In this document: piece by piece, positions 53,071 to 63,509 of the stretch | How positions within the stretch are numbered: position 1 is the stretch's first letter | How the letters are laid out: the number at the start of each line of letters is the position of its first letter | DNA from: Acidobacteriota bacterium | GTDB lineage: Bacteria > Acidobacteriota > Blastocatellia > Pyrinomonadales > Pyrinomonadaceae | Assembly (NCBI GenBank): GCA_032229975.1 | Contig: JAVXVG010000017.1 | Coordinates: forward strand, 87,557 to 151,556 | Direction: 5' to 3' | Length of the DNA: 64,000 nt | Translations under genes and position numbers: made by a program | The notes under the pieces: model-generated | Told to the model about the DNA's origin: nothing | Databases searched by the model: none | Seen by the model: only the letters and a program-made list of their open reading frames with translations

Positions 53071-56000
53071 TCAAACCTGACCGAGACGAGTTTGGAGACG
53101 CCCACTTCCTGCATCGTCACGCCGTAGAGCGCGCGGGCCACTTCCATCGTGCGCTTGTTGTGTGTGATAACGAGGAACTGCGTCTCCGTTGCCATCTCGA
53201 CGATCTTCGCCTTGAAGCGACCGATGTTCGCTTCATCCAAAGGCGCGTCAACTTCATCAAGCAGACAGAACGGCGACGGATGGTAGCGGAAGATCGCAAG
53301 GACGAGCGCGAGCGCGGCCATCGCTTTCTCGCCGCCGGACAAGAGCAGCACGCTCTGCAAACGCTTGCCCGGCGGCTGCGCGATCAGATCGATGCCCGAC
53401 TCTAAAACGTCGTCGTCGTCGATCATGCTCATCTCGCCGCGACCGCCGCCGAACAGTTCGACGAAGAGTTGACCGAAGTTGCGATTGATCTCCTCGAAGG
53501 CATGGCGGAAGCGTTCGCGCGAACGTTTCTTGATCTCGCGCAGGGCCTCTTCGGTCGAGAAGATTCCGTCCTCGATGTCCTTGCGCTGCGTCGTCAAAAA
53601 GATTAGACGCTCCTCCGATTCGCCCAACTCTTCGAGGGCCATCAGATTCACCGCGCCAAAACTTTCGAGCCGCGCGCGCATCTCTTCGACGCGCGCGCGG
53701 CCCGCTTCCAGATCAAACTCCGCGTCGGGCTCGTAAGCCGCGACGATCTCTTCGAGCGTCTGCGACAACTCGGCGACGCACGACTCGCGCAAGTAGTTTA
53801 AATGAGCAGATGCCTCCGCACGATTGATCTCAAGTTGCGCGCGGGCCTCTCTCGCCTCTGCCGCGCGATGGTTCAACCCGCTCAACTCTTCCGCCAACTC
53901 GTCGGCGCGCGCACGCGCCGCCGCGAGTCGCCCGGTCGCGCTCTCGACCTCGGCTTCAAATTCCGCGGCCTCGCCCTCAACCGTGCCCGCGCTCTCCTCC
54001 ATCTCGCCAAGCGCGCGCCGCAAACCTTCGAGCCGCGTGAGCATCTCCTCGATCTCGGCGGCGTGACGTTCGAGCCTCGCTTCCAAGTCGATTGACTCGG
54101 CTTCGATGCGACGCAGCTCCGCCGCCGTCGCACGTCGCCGCTCGGCCGCCGCCGCCGCCGCCGCGCGCTGGCCCCCCAGACGCTCGCTCTCGACCTCCGA
54201 CCTTCGACGCGCATCCACGAGAACTTCCGCAGCCGCCGCAACGGCCTGCGTCGCCGCGAGTCGCGACGACTCGGCGGCTTCGAGTTCAGCAAGCTGGCGC
54301 GTGCGTCGCTCTTCAACCTCGCGTCGCTCGTCGGCGAGCCGCGCCGCATCTTCGGCAACGACGCGGATGTGTCGCGCCGCGCGATCAACTTCCTGCGAGA
54401 GCTGGCCCGCATTCGACTCGCGCGCCACTTGCTCGCGCTCCTCGCGACCGATCTGCTCGTTCAAGAGCAGCAACACTTCTTCTAGTTCGACGAGTTGCGC
54501 GCGCGCCGCGCTCACTGAATCCTCAGCCGAGACAACGTCGCCCGCGAGTTCGGCAGCGCGCGTCTCAAGCTCGCGCATCTCGCGCTTGAAGGCGAGCAAG
54601 CCCGTCGCCTCATCAACCTGCACTGCGCCAACCGCGCCGACGAGTTGGCCCCCCGACACCCACTCGCCGTCAACCGTCACGTAGAGTTCGCCTGTTTCGT
54701 AAGAACCAGCAGTCGCCTCTTCCAGATTCGTGACGATGCGCGCGCTCATCTCGCGCCGCAGCGTGCGCTGCAAAACGGTCGCAAGTTGCGACGGCACGCC
54801 GAGCACGTCCGCGAGTCGCACGTCGCGCGCGGAGAGATCATCGACGGTGACGCGCGCGTAGAGGCCCTGCGCGCTTTCATCATCAGCCGCGCCGTGCAGT
54901 CCGGCGACGAGGAACGTGGCGCGGCCCGCGCCCGACGAGGCGAGCCATGCGGCGGCGCGCGCGGCGTCGTCCGGCGTCGGCACGATGATGGTCTGCAAGT
55001 AACTCCCGAAGATACTTTCGACGGCCCGCTCCCACTGCGGCTCGACGCGCAATAGATCGGCGAGCGTGCCGACCGTGTGGAAGTCTTTCGACGGATCACG
55101 CTCCGCCTCGTCCAACAACTCGGCGGAGAAGATGCGCTGCACGGCTTGTGAATAGAGGGCCCGCTTCTCGTCGAGTTCCGAAAGCGTTTCGAGCCGGTTG
55201 CGCACGCGGGCCGCCTCTTCGCGCATACGCGCGTATTCGGCGAGCGTGGTTGAGACGAGGGCCCGCGCGGCGTTGACGCCCGCAGTAGCGGCCTCACGCT
55301 CGATGAGAAGTGTTTCGAGACGCGCGCGCGCGATAGCGATCTCGTTTTGCAGCGCAGAGGCTTTCGCCTCGAACTCCGCGTGCGCGGCGTTGGCGCGCTC
55401 GCCTTCGCGCGCCAAGCCTTCGGCTTGCGCGGCGAGACGTTCCAGAGTTGCTTCGAGCTGACGCCCGATCTCGCCCAGACGTTCGGAGACGGCCGTGTGC
55501 GTCAACAGTTCCGCGCGTGCCGATTCGATCTCCGCTTCAGCCGCGACGACTTCATTCAGCAGTCGCGCGTAGTCGCCTTCGGCAGAGCGCAAAGCCTCTG
55601 TGCTCCGCTCGCTCTCGTCGCGCAGTTGAGCCTCGCCCGCGCGCAAAGCCTCGCCCTCGGCATGGACTGAGGCTAACCGTTCATGCAGCGACTCAACTTG
55701 CGTTTCGATATCCGCGACTCGTTGTTCGAGCGATGAGGCCTGCTCTTCGCGGTAGGCCCGCTCGCGCTCGCGCCGGTCGCGTCGAAGAGCCGCGTCGGCG
55801 ACCGATGCGCGGGCCGTCGCCAATTCTTCCTCGCGCTCGCGCGCGATTGATGTAGCGTTGCGCGTCTCCTCTTCACGCGTGCCGAGTTGTTCGGCGAGCG
55901 TGCGCTCTTCCTGCGCGGCTGTGTCGAGTTGCTCGCGCAAGGTTTCGAGCGAGAGCGTGAGCGAGCGTTCGTCCGCCGCATAGACGCGACGCAGCAACTC

Positions 56001-57071
56001 GCGCAACTCTTCGCGCAGTGCGCTGTAGCGACGCGCCTTCGCGGCTTGGCGACGCAGGCTGTTCACCTGACGGTCGATCTCGGAGACGATATCGGAGACG
56101 CGGCGCAGATTCAGTCGCGCGCCTTCGAGTCGCGCTTCCGCCGCGCGCTGGCGGACGCGAAACTTCGTGATGCCTGCGGCCTCCTCGATCAGCGTGCGCC
56201 GATCCATCGGCTTGGCTGAGAGTATCTGACCGATCCGGCCCTGCTCGATGATCGCGTAGTGCGCGCCGGAGAGGCCCGTGCCGGAGAAGAGGTCTTGAAT
56301 GTCGCGCAGGCGACACTGCCGACCGTTCAAAAGATATTCGCTCTCGCCGTCGCGATAGAGCCGGCGCGCGACGGTGACTGTCTCGCCGGGCGCGAAGCCG
56401 AGCGCGAGTCGGCGCGGACGCCAATGACGTTTGGCATTGTGACGCGCCTTCGCCGTCTGCTCTTCGGCTTGCGTGGCCTGCGCGGGGATGAGATCGGTGG
56501 AGACTGAGAAGGCGGCTGTCTGAGACGACGCTGAGATGGATGCGTCGGCGTTGACATCATCAGTGTGCGTCAACGCGTCGTTCGTCGCCGTGTCAATAAT
56601 CGTCGCATCATTCGTCGTCGCAGATTCGAGAGTCGGCGCGTTGTCGTTGTCGTTCTGGGTCGCAACGTTTGCGCTTGTCGCGTCGGTCGCTGCCGTGCCG
56701 AGGACTTCTGGCGCGAGTCGTTCTTCGATCACGCCTTCGTGTTCGTCGATCTCTTCGAGGGTCGAATCGATGTCGTCGATGTCGGGCTCTTCTTCGGTCG
56801 TCTCGTCGCGCACCAAATGAAGGACGACCTCGGCCATGCCGCTTGGCGCGCGGTTGCGCGAGCCCTGAAAGATCACGTCCTTCATCTCTGCGCCGCGCAA
56901 CTGCCTCGCGCGCTGCTCGCCAAGCACCCACGAGATGGCGTCCGAGACGTTTGACTTGCCGCAGCCGTTCGGCCCGACGATGGCCGTGATGCCTTCGCCC
57001 GTGAAGACCAGCTCCGTGTAGTCTGCGAACGACTTGAAGCCCGTGATTTCTAGTTTCTGAAGTTTGAACAT
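53067..57071 (-). CDS. smc: chromosome segregation protein SMC
   Basis: Start at MFKLQKLEITGFKSFAD. Walker A GPNGCGKSN, long coiled coils, signature LSGGEKA and Walker B LLDEVDAPLD. Confidence 0.95.
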   Translation of the reverse strand: MFKLQKLEITGFKSFADYTELVFTGEGITAIVGPNGCGKSNVSDAISWVLGEQRARQLRGAEMKDVIFQGSRNRAPSGMAEVVLHLVRDETTEEEPDIDDIDSTLEEIDEHEGVIEERLAPEVLGTAATDATSANVATQNDNDNAPTLESATTNDATIIDTATNDALTHTDDVNADASISASSQTAAFSVSTDLIPAQATQAEEQTAKARHNAKRHWRPRRLALGFAPGETVTVARRLYRDGESEYLLNGRQCRLRDIQDLFSGTGLSGAHYAIIEQGRIGQILSAKPMDRRTLIEEAAGITKFRVRQRAAEARLEGARLNLRRVSDIVSEIDRQVNSLRRQAAKARRYSALREELRELLRRVYAADERSLTLSLETLREQLDTAAQEERTLAEQLGTREEETRNATSIAREREEELATARASVADAALRRDRRERERAYREEQASSLEQRVADIETQVESLHERLASVHAEGEALRAGEAQLRDESERSTEALRSAEGDYARLLNEVVAAEAEIESARAELLTHTAVSERLGEIGRQLEATLERLAAQAEGLAREGERANAAHAEFEAKASALQNEIAIARARLETLLIEREAATAGVNAARALVSTTLAEYARMREEAARVRNRLETLSELDEKRALYSQAVQRIFSAELLDEAERDPSKDFHTVGTLADLLRVEPQWERAVESIFGSYLQTIIVPTPDDAARAAAWLASSGAGRATFLVAGLHGAADDESAQGLYARVTVDDLSARDVRLADVLGVPSQLATVLQRTLRREMSARIVTNLEEATAGSYETGELYVTVDGEWVSGGQLVGAVGAVQVDEATGLLAFKREMRELETRAAELAGDVVSAEDSVSAARAQLVELEEVLLLLNEQIGREEREQVARESNAGQLSQEVDRAARHIRVVAEDAARLADERREVEERRTRQLAELEAAESSRLAATQAVAAAAEVLVDARRRSEVESERLGGQRAAAAAAAERRRATAAELRRIEAESIDLEARLERHAAEIEEMLTRLEGLRRALGEMEESAGTVEGEAAEFEAEVESATGRLAAARARADELAEELSGLNHRAAEAREARAQLEINRAEASAHLNYLRESCVAELSQTLEEIVAAYEPDAEFDLEAGRARVEEMRARLESFGAVNLMALEELGESEERLIFLTTQRKDIEDGIFSTEEALREIKKRSRERFRHAFEEINRNFGQLFVELFGGGRGEMSMIDDDDVLESGIDLIAQPPGKRLQSVLLLSGGEKAMAALALVLAIFRYHPSPFCLLDEVDAPLDEANIGRFKAKIVEMATETQFLVITHNKRTMEVARALYGVTMQEVGVSKLVSVRFE

Positions 57072-57264
57072 TCGGTGCGACTTTCGTTGGAATCGGCGTC
57101 TCGTCTCGTCCGGTTGCTCCGCTATAAAGCACAGCCGATAGAGCGCGGCGTGGGAGAGCACACTATATGTTGGTGAGCCGCCGATGTCAACAAAAGCATC
57201 AGGCGGCGCGGTTTTACTGTCTGGGGATGGGAGAGTTAGCCCGGCGGCTTGCGCCGCGCGCACG

Positions 57265-59235
57265 TTAAGGCGTGACCAGATCGCGACGCCCGAAGAGGGC
57301 CAGATCGACGCCGGGCCGCAACTGATACGTGCCGCCGACGCGCACGTAGCGATTGCCTAAAAGCGATTCGACCTGTGGCACTTGAGAAGTCTTGACGAGG
57401 ATAACGGCGTCGCTTGTCTCAACGACGTGGCCCGTATAGCCGATGCGCTTGTAGTCGCGTATGTACCACGGGAGGGGCCAGTATTCCTGATTCTCGACGG
57501 CGACGTTGATCCCTGCGTCGTACTTGTTTGGCGTGCGCGCCGTGATCTCTTCCATGCGCGCGATCAAGTCGTGGAACTCGCGCCGTGTGTGTGCATAGAC
57601 GTAAGGATATTTGTCGTCGTCGTAATGGACGAAGTTGAGTTGGTAGGATTGATAGGCTGCGATAAGTAGGCACGCGCCGACGAGCACGAGCGAGATGACG
57701 CGCCAGCTTTGCGCGCGCGCGCGATAGAGTTTATCGATGGCGTAGCCGCCCGTGATGGCGAGAGGCAGTAGCCAACTGAGCGCGAGCCACGGCGTCTTGT
57801 ACTCGATGATCGAGTAGGCGGCGAAGAGCCCGAAGCCCCAGAGCGCGGCGAAGAGTGGAAAGCGTCGGCGCGTCTTCCACGCGGCGAGCAGCGCGCCGAG
57901 CGCGGCGAGCAGCACGAGCGGCCCTTCCTCGCCGAAACGATATTCGCCCGCGTAGTTGCCGAAGACGAGCCACTCGAAGAACTTGTAGAACGGATAGCCG
58001 TGGAAACCGCTCTCGCCCGTCTTGCGCCAGATCATCAACGCCTCGACCGCGTCTTTCACGCCCTTCGGGTTCGTGAAGAACGAGGAGTAGTAGATCGTGT
58101 TGATGAAGAGAAAGACACTGAGCGCAGCGATGAGCAGATAGATGATGTGCGTCCAACCGCCGAAGGTCTCGATGAGTCGAAGGGGCGCAAACGAACTCGC
58201 GGTCTGCGTTGCGCGTTTGTCTTTACCCTTCTTCCTCTTCGGCTCGGGCTGTCGGGCCCACTTCGTCCGCGCGACGATTCTTACCCACAACTCCGACATC
58301 CCCCACGCGATCAGCAGCACGCCCGCAGAGATGAACGCCGTCTCCTTCGTCGCGAACATCAGCGCGGCGGATGCGGAAGCGAGCACGAGATAGAACGAGC
58401 GCGCGCCGTCGAAGCGCAACAGCAAAAGTGAGAGTGCGACGAGGCACGCGAGGATGAGCACGAGTAGTGCGACGGTCGTCGTGCGCGTGAGCGTCGCGTA
58501 GTGATAGACCGTCTCCAGCGTCAAGACGACGAGCGCGATTGAAGAGGCGGCAACGCCTAATCCGAGCGTGCCCGATCCTTTAGTCGCTTCGTTATCCCTT
58601 CTCACGCCTTCGCCCTCGTAGAAGCGGAGCGCGCCGACGACGATGCCGAGCGTGAAGAAGACGAAGAGCATCTCGTGTATGTAGTAGCGCGAGAAGAAGA
58701 CCATGCCGGGCGAGACCGCGATGAGCGCGGCACACGCGAGCGCGCCGATTGCGCCGATGTAGCGACGCAACGAGAGCGAGAGCCACACGGTCGCCAAGCC
58801 GAAAGCAGCCGTGACGGAGCGCAGAGCCCAAGTGCCGAGCGCGTGGCGCGACTCCGCGAGGTAAGCGATGGGCAGCGTGAAGTAGTAGAGAGTGGGCCCG
58901 TGGTAGTTGCCCGGATTGTATTGATAGCTGCCCTGTCGCAAGAGGCCCAACAGGAAGAAGCCGTTGACGCCCTCGTCGTGATGGAGCGGCTTGAGTTCGA
59001 GATAGAGCACGCGGAAGAGCGCGGCAACGAAAAGCACGACCGCGCAGCCGATCCACCACGCGCGATCCGATACTTGCGTGCCCGCGTCCGGCGGCGGCCC
59101 ATTGGAGCGCGCACCCGCAGACTGCGGCGGCGCGGCGTCCAACGTCTGCACTGCGGCTTCGTTTGCGTCGAGCACGGCGGCGCGTCGTTTACGGGCTTGT
59201 GATTTTGTAGAGCCGGTAGGCACCTGTCTCTCCAA
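57265..59235 (-). CDS. GT39/ArnT-PMT-like polytopic membrane glycosyltransferase family protein
   Basis: 656 aa. HHDEG motif in the first loop (LKPLHHDEGVNGF) and many TM segments. Confidence 0.65.
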   Translation of the reverse strand: MERQVPTGSTKSQARKRRAAVLDANEAAVQTLDAAPPQSAGARSNGPPPDAGTQVSDRAWWIGCAVVLFVAALFRVLYLELKPLHHDEGVNGFFLLGLLRQGSYQYNPGNYHGPTLYYFTLPIAYLAESRHALGTWALRSVTAAFGLATVWLSLSLRRYIGAIGALACAALIAVSPGMVFFSRYYIHEMLFVFFTLGIVVGALRFYEGEGVRRDNEATKGSGTLGLGVAASSIALVVLTLETVYHYATLTRTTTVALLVLILACLVALSLLLLRFDGARSFYLVLASASAALMFATKETAFISAGVLLIAWGMSELWVRIVARTKWARQPEPKRKKGKDKRATQTASSFAPLRLIETFGGWTHIIYLLIAALSVFLFINTIYYSSFFTNPKGVKDAVEALMIWRKTGESGFHGYPFYKFFEWLVFGNYAGEYRFGEEGPLVLLAALGALLAAWKTRRRFPLFAALWGFGLFAAYSIIEYKTPWLALSWLLPLAITGGYAIDKLYRARAQSWRVISLVLVGACLLIAAYQSYQLNFVHYDDDKYPYVYAHTRREFHDLIARMEEITARTPNKYDAGINVAVENQEYWPLPWYIRDYKRIGYTGHVVETSDAVILVKTSQVPQVESLLGNRYVRVGGTYQLRPGVDLALFGRRDLVTP

Positions 59236-61324
59236 CCTTCTTGTAGCGTGTGAAGAACTGTTCGTTGACTGTCAAACTCGTGCGTTCAAGCGGACTGATG
59301 ACGACGTACTCGACATGTTCGCGCGCGAGCAAACTCTCCGCGTCGGGTGCGCCCGCATAGATGCGTCTGATCTCTGCGTCGCGCGCGGCGTAGTCGATCC
59401 CTTGCGACCAGAGATGGCCCGCGTAGCCCATGAGCGATTGCCGGCCCGACAGATAGACCGGGTGATTATAAGTCGGCGCGTGAAGGATGAGCGAGCGCGG
59501 CGCGGTCTCGCGCTCGACTGTGGATGCGAACGCCACGCCGTCGCGGTCGAACTCTCTCTGCTCCGATGCCTCTGAGACGACGCGCCACACGTCGAGCGCG
59601 CCCGCAAGTGTGAGCACGCAGATGAGCGCGACCGAAGCGATGCGCGTCGCCAGATTCATGCGCCACAGACGCGCGAGCAGGAGCGCGACGAGCGGCGCGG
59701 AGGCGACGAACCAGTAGAACAGAACCTTGATGTTGTCCCACACCCACGGCGAAATCTTCCCCGCGTTGCAGACAAGGAAGAGCAGCGTGAAGGGTAGATA
59801 GAAGATTAGAGCACGCTTCGATACTAATGGATCGCGTCCGCGCCAAGCGAGCGCGGCGACGAGTAGCGGGATGAAGAGTCCCATGTTTTTGAACCAGAAC
59901 CACACGGGATTCTGCGTCCCGCGATCCCATCCCAACTGCCACGCGAAGAAGCTCGACGCGCGTGCCGCCGTCCCGCGAGTGGCCCACCACATCGCGGGCG
60001 CGGCGACGATGAACGCCGCCGCGAAGAAGATGATCCACGCGCGCCAGCGCGGAAACAGCAGCGCAAGACAACCGCCCACAAGCATCAGAGAGACGAACGT
60101 GTGCGCGTGTACGAGCGGAAGCATGCCAGCGACAAGACCTGCGCCGAGCATTCGCAATTCGACCCCGTCAAGTTTCGAGACGAACGGTAGAGACTTGAAC
60201 GGTGCGAGCGTCGGCGGCGCAACTGACTCGCGTGCACCTCCCTTCGCGCGCGCATTCGCGCGACTCCCCTTCTTACTTTTCTTGCTCTTCCGTCCCTTAA
60301 TCTCTGCGTCCGCGCGTCCTCGGGCCTGCGCGTCGAAGCGCGCACGCGTTCCTACGTCGAACTCTCCAACTGCTCCCTTGTCCGTCTCGTCACTGCGGAT
60401 CGCGAGCCACCACTGCGTCATCACGACGAGCGCGATGGGGAGGCCCATCAACAAGCCGCGTTGCGGGACGAAGAGCGTCGTGACGGCGTTGCCCCAGCGA
60501 AACGAGCCGTCGAAAGTGATCGTGTAATCGTGCGGCAGGCGCGCGAGAAAATCCGTGAAGCCGAGTTTGCTCGCGGAGGCTTCGAGGTAGAGTCGCACGA
60601 AGCCGAGCCCGCCGCTAAAGATGATGAGCAAGGGCGCAAGCAGCGCGGCGAGTCGGTCGCGCGTCCATTCAAGCGCGAAGCGATAGAGCAGACCGACGAG
60701 CGAGAGGGCCAGCAACACGTTCTCAAAGAAGAGTGCGCTCTCGACGCCCGCGCCCGCGCGCGTGAACATCGCTGCGACGAAGTCCACGACGAACGGGTAG
60801 GTGAGTCGCGCGCCCGCGTACTCAGGATGCGTGGGCGGGAAGTTTCCACCACGCACGAAGCTCTCGATGATGCTCAAGTGAAACGGCAGATCGCCGAGGT
60901 TGTTATCGACGCCCGTGTAAATCTCGCCCGCGCGCTCGAACATGGCCCGACCGAAGACGATCCAGAAGAGCACGAGAGAGAGAGACGTGAGCAAGAGCGG
61001 AGCGGTCGTGCGCAAAGTTGGTCGCGTAACGCCATCGCGCAAGTCGCGCGCAAGACGGCCTGCATCGAAGCGCAAGCGTGCACGCAAGTCTCTGCGCGCG
61101 AGCAGCGCGAGTGGTAGAGCGACGATCAGGCCGGAGAGCGCGAGCGACGCCGCGCCAAAGCCGATGAGCGATGCGAAGATGAAGCCGGAGAGACCGAGCG
61201 CGGCGAGGCCGGTCGCGAGTCCGGCGGCGAGTCGCGCTGCCGGGTGCGCGCCTTCGTCGTAGAGATAGGTCGCGAGCGTTCCGCCGCAGACGGCCACGCA
61301 GGCGAGCAAGGTGGCGAAGATCAT
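59189..61324 (-). CDS. polytopic membrane protein, glycosyltransferase-like, with a Lys/Arg-rich internal loop
   Basis: Start is reset to MIFATLLACV (61324). 711 aa. The 3' end overlaps the downstream gene's ORF-track start by 47 nt. Confidence 0.6.
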   Translation of the reverse strand: MIFATLLACVAVCGGTLATYLYDEGAHPAARLAAGLATGLAALGLSGFIFASLIGFGAASLALSGLIVALPLALLARRDLRARLRFDAGRLARDLRDGVTRPTLRTTAPLLLTSLSLVLFWIVFGRAMFERAGEIYTGVDNNLGDLPFHLSIIESFVRGGNFPPTHPEYAGARLTYPFVVDFVAAMFTRAGAGVESALFFENVLLALSLVGLLYRFALEWTRDRLAALLAPLLIIFSGGLGFVRLYLEASASKLGFTDFLARLPHDYTITFDGSFRWGNAVTTLFVPQRGLLMGLPIALVVMTQWWLAIRSDETDKGAVGEFDVGTRARFDAQARGRADAEIKGRKSKKSKKGSRANARAKGGARESVAPPTLAPFKSLPFVSKLDGVELRMLGAGLVAGMLPLVHAHTFVSLMLVGGCLALLFPRWRAWIIFFAAAFIVAAPAMWWATRGTAARASSFFAWQLGWDRGTQNPVWFWFKNMGLFIPLLVAALAWRGRDPLVSKRALIFYLPFTLLFLVCNAGKISPWVWDNIKVLFYWFVASAPLVALLLARLWRMNLATRIASVALICVLTLAGALDVWRVVSEASEQREFDRDGVAFASTVERETAPRSLILHAPTYNHPVYLSGRQSLMGYAGHLWSQGIDYAARDAEIRRIYAGAPDAESLLAREHVEYVVISPLERTSLTVNEQFFTRYKKVGETGAYRLYKITSP

Positions 61325-61518
61325 TTGTAACTCAACAAGGATGTGCAGTCGATCTGTCTTTCCGAGCGCAGGATTATACGCGAAGTCCGCCCGTCGCGCG
61401 CGCGAAGTCGCGAGCAGCGCGGACTTGAATTTGACTTCGTGCCCTGTTTGACGTACAAGCGTGCGCAAGTCCCTGCCTCGCTTGCTCGGAAAAAAACTTT
61501 CGGAGGTGTCCCCTTATC

Positions 61519-62100
61519 ATGAAGAGAATTTTCCGCATCGCCGCGCTCGCACTGCTCGCGTCGCTTCCGGCCTTCGCCGCCACTACGCCCGCGCCGCAAT
61601 CTACACCCGCACCGCAGCTTACTCTGGCGCAGCAAGCGTCGCGCGACGCGACGCGCGAGAAGCTGCGCAAGCTGCTCGAAGCGGCCGGCGCGCGCAAAGA
61701 TGTCAACATCACGTTTCGCCAGAGCGACAAGCAGCCTTACAACTTCCTCGGCGCAATGAGTGCCGGGCTGACGAACGCCGACAACCTTGAGATCGTCATC
61801 GGCGTGACGACGAACGAGACCATCGGCTTCCGCGTCTATCCGCACTACAAGGGCGAATACATCAACGTCGATAAGGTGAAGAACGGCGCGGGGCTGATGC
61901 GCAAACTGCTCTTCCTGAGCGACCGCAACTTTCTCTACTGGGGCATCGACGCATCGGGCGACGTGTTCTCCGGCTACACCGTCACGCTCGAATCCGGCTT
62001 CCCGGATGAAGCCATGACCACCGTGATTCGCAGCATCCGCAACACCGACGGGTTCGTCGGCGAGATGCGTCCATTCATCGACGGCACATCCGCGCCGTAG
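61519..62100 (+). CDS. secreted hypothetical protein (possibly a YbjN-like fold)
   Basis: 193 aa with signal peptide MKRIFRIAALALLASLPAFA. The family assignment is tentative. Confidence 0.6.
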   Translation: MKRIFRIAALALLASLPAFAATTPAPQSTPAPQLTLAQQASRDATREKLRKLLEAAGARKDVNITFRQSDKQPYNFLGAMSAGLTNADNLEIVIGVTTNETIGFRVYPHYKGEYINVDKVKNGAGLMRKLLFLSDRNFLYWGIDASGDVFSGYTVTLESGFPDEAMTTVIRSIRNTDGFVGEMRPFIDGTSAP

Positions 62101-62124
62101 GACGCGAAGGGCCGGTTGCAAAAC

Positions 62125-62157
62125 TGTAGGGGCAGGGCTTGTGCTCTGGCCCCTACA
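62125..62157 (+). repeat. Palindromic element TGTAGGGGC...GCCCCTACA (terminator-like; family D)
   Basis: 9-bp stem with a 15-nt loop. Its first 15 nt, GTAGGGGCAGGGCTT, recur at 49315-49329. Confidence 0.55.
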
Positions 62158-62301
62158 AACCTCACGCACCAACAACTGCAATCTTCAACTTCCCGATCTG
62201 GCCCCTGCCGCCTCTTCCGTCCGCCTTTGACACTTCGACTCCCGTCTTCTTAAAGTCTTCTTTTCATCCGCACGCGAAACAATCGGCCGAAGAGGTGTCA
62301 T

Positions 62302-63402
62302 ATGCTGCGCGCAGGGATCGTCGGGCTGCCCAACGTCGGCAAGTCCACATTATTTAACGCGCTCACAGCGCAATCGTCCGCGCTCGCGGCGAACTATCCG
62401 TTCGCCACCATCGAGCCAAACATCGGAGTGGTCGCCGTGCCGGATGCGCGTCTTGAGCCGCTCGCTAAACTAGTCAAGACGACGACGATTATTCCGGCGA
62501 CGGTCGAGTTCGTTGACATCGCGGGGCTCGTGCGCGGCGCGTCGAAGGGTGAAGGCTTGGGCAATCAGTTTCTCGCCAACATACGCGAGACCGATGCGGT
62601 CGTGCACGTCGTTCGCTGCTTCGAGGACGAGCAGGTGATCCACGTCGAAGGCTCGGTCGATCCGCGTCGCGACGCGGAGACGATCCAGATCGAGCTTGCG
62701 CTCGCAGACCTCGCGACCGTCGAGCGACGAAGAGATCGCGCGCAGAAGGGCGCGAAGGGCGGCGATAAACAGGCGCGCGCGGAGATCGAAGTGATCGACA
62801 AGCTGCTGCCCGCACTCTCCGAAGGCCAGCCCGCGCGCAGTGTCAATCTAACGGACGAGGAGCGGGCCGTCGCGCGCACGCTCTTTTTGCTGACGACGAA
62901 GCCGACGATCTATGCGGCGAACGTTGACGAGGCGACGCTCGCGCACGCAGATGAGAACGCGCACGTGCGCGCGGTGCAGGAGCTTGCGGAGGAAGAGGCG
63001 GCGGAGTGCGTCGTCATCTCGGCGCAGATCGAGTCGGAGCTGGTTGAGTTGACGCCCGAAGATCGTCGAGAGTATTTGCAGGGGCACGGCGTCGAGTCTT
63101 CGGGCGTTGATCGCATGATCAGGAGCGCGTACCGTCTGCTCGGCTTGATGTCTTTTTTGACGGCTGGCGAGAAGGAGGTGCGCGCGTGGACGATTCCGCA
63201 GGGCACGCGCGCGCCGCAAGCCGCAGGCACGATCCACACAGACATCGAACGCGGCTTCATCCGCGCTGAAATTGTCTCTTACGACGATCTCACACGCGCG
63301 GGCTCTTACGCCGCCGCGCGTGAGCAGGGCTTGCTACGCCTCGAAGGCAAAGACTACATCATGCAGGAAGGCGACGTGGTGCATTTCCGCTTCAACGTCT
63401 GA
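62302..63402 (+). CDS. ychF: ribosome-binding ATPase YchF
   Basis: 366 aa. [18 protein letters not shown], and a C-terminal TGS-like domain ending [17 protein letters not shown]. Confidence 0.95.
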   Translation: MLRAGIVGLPNVGKSTLFNALTAQSSALAANYPFATIEPNIGVVAVPDARLEPLAKLVKTTTIIPATVEFVDIAGLVRGASKGEGLGNQFLANIRETDAVVHVVRCFEDEQVIHVEGSVDPRRDAETIQIELALADLATVERRRDRAQKGAKGGDKQARAEIEVIDKLLPALSEGQPARSVNLTDEERAVARTLFLLTTKPTIYAANVDEATLAHADENAHVRAVQELAEEEAAECVVISAQIESELVELTPEDRREYLQGHGVESSGVDRMIRSAYRLLGLMSFLTAGEKEVRAWTIPQGTRAPQAAGTIHTDIERGFIRAEIVSYDDLTRAGSYAAAREQGLLRLEGKDYIMQEGDVVHFRFNV

Positions 63403-63509
63403 GAACTCGCACGGAGGGTGTAAGCGAAAGGGGCCGGTTGAGCATCGCTTGCTCAACCGGCCCTTTCGCGTGTGTGAAGTGTCCGTCGTCGCTCACGGAT
63501 CGAAGGCGG

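Noticed and set aside
53067-57263. N-terminal extensions in the ORF track for smc (64 aa), recQ (119 aa), the S9 peptidase, hemQ, acyP, the glycosylase, the aminotransferase and others.
   Set aside because: Conserved N-termini begin at internal Met codons, several with a good RBS or a signal peptide. The extensions overlap neighbouring genes or tRNAs.
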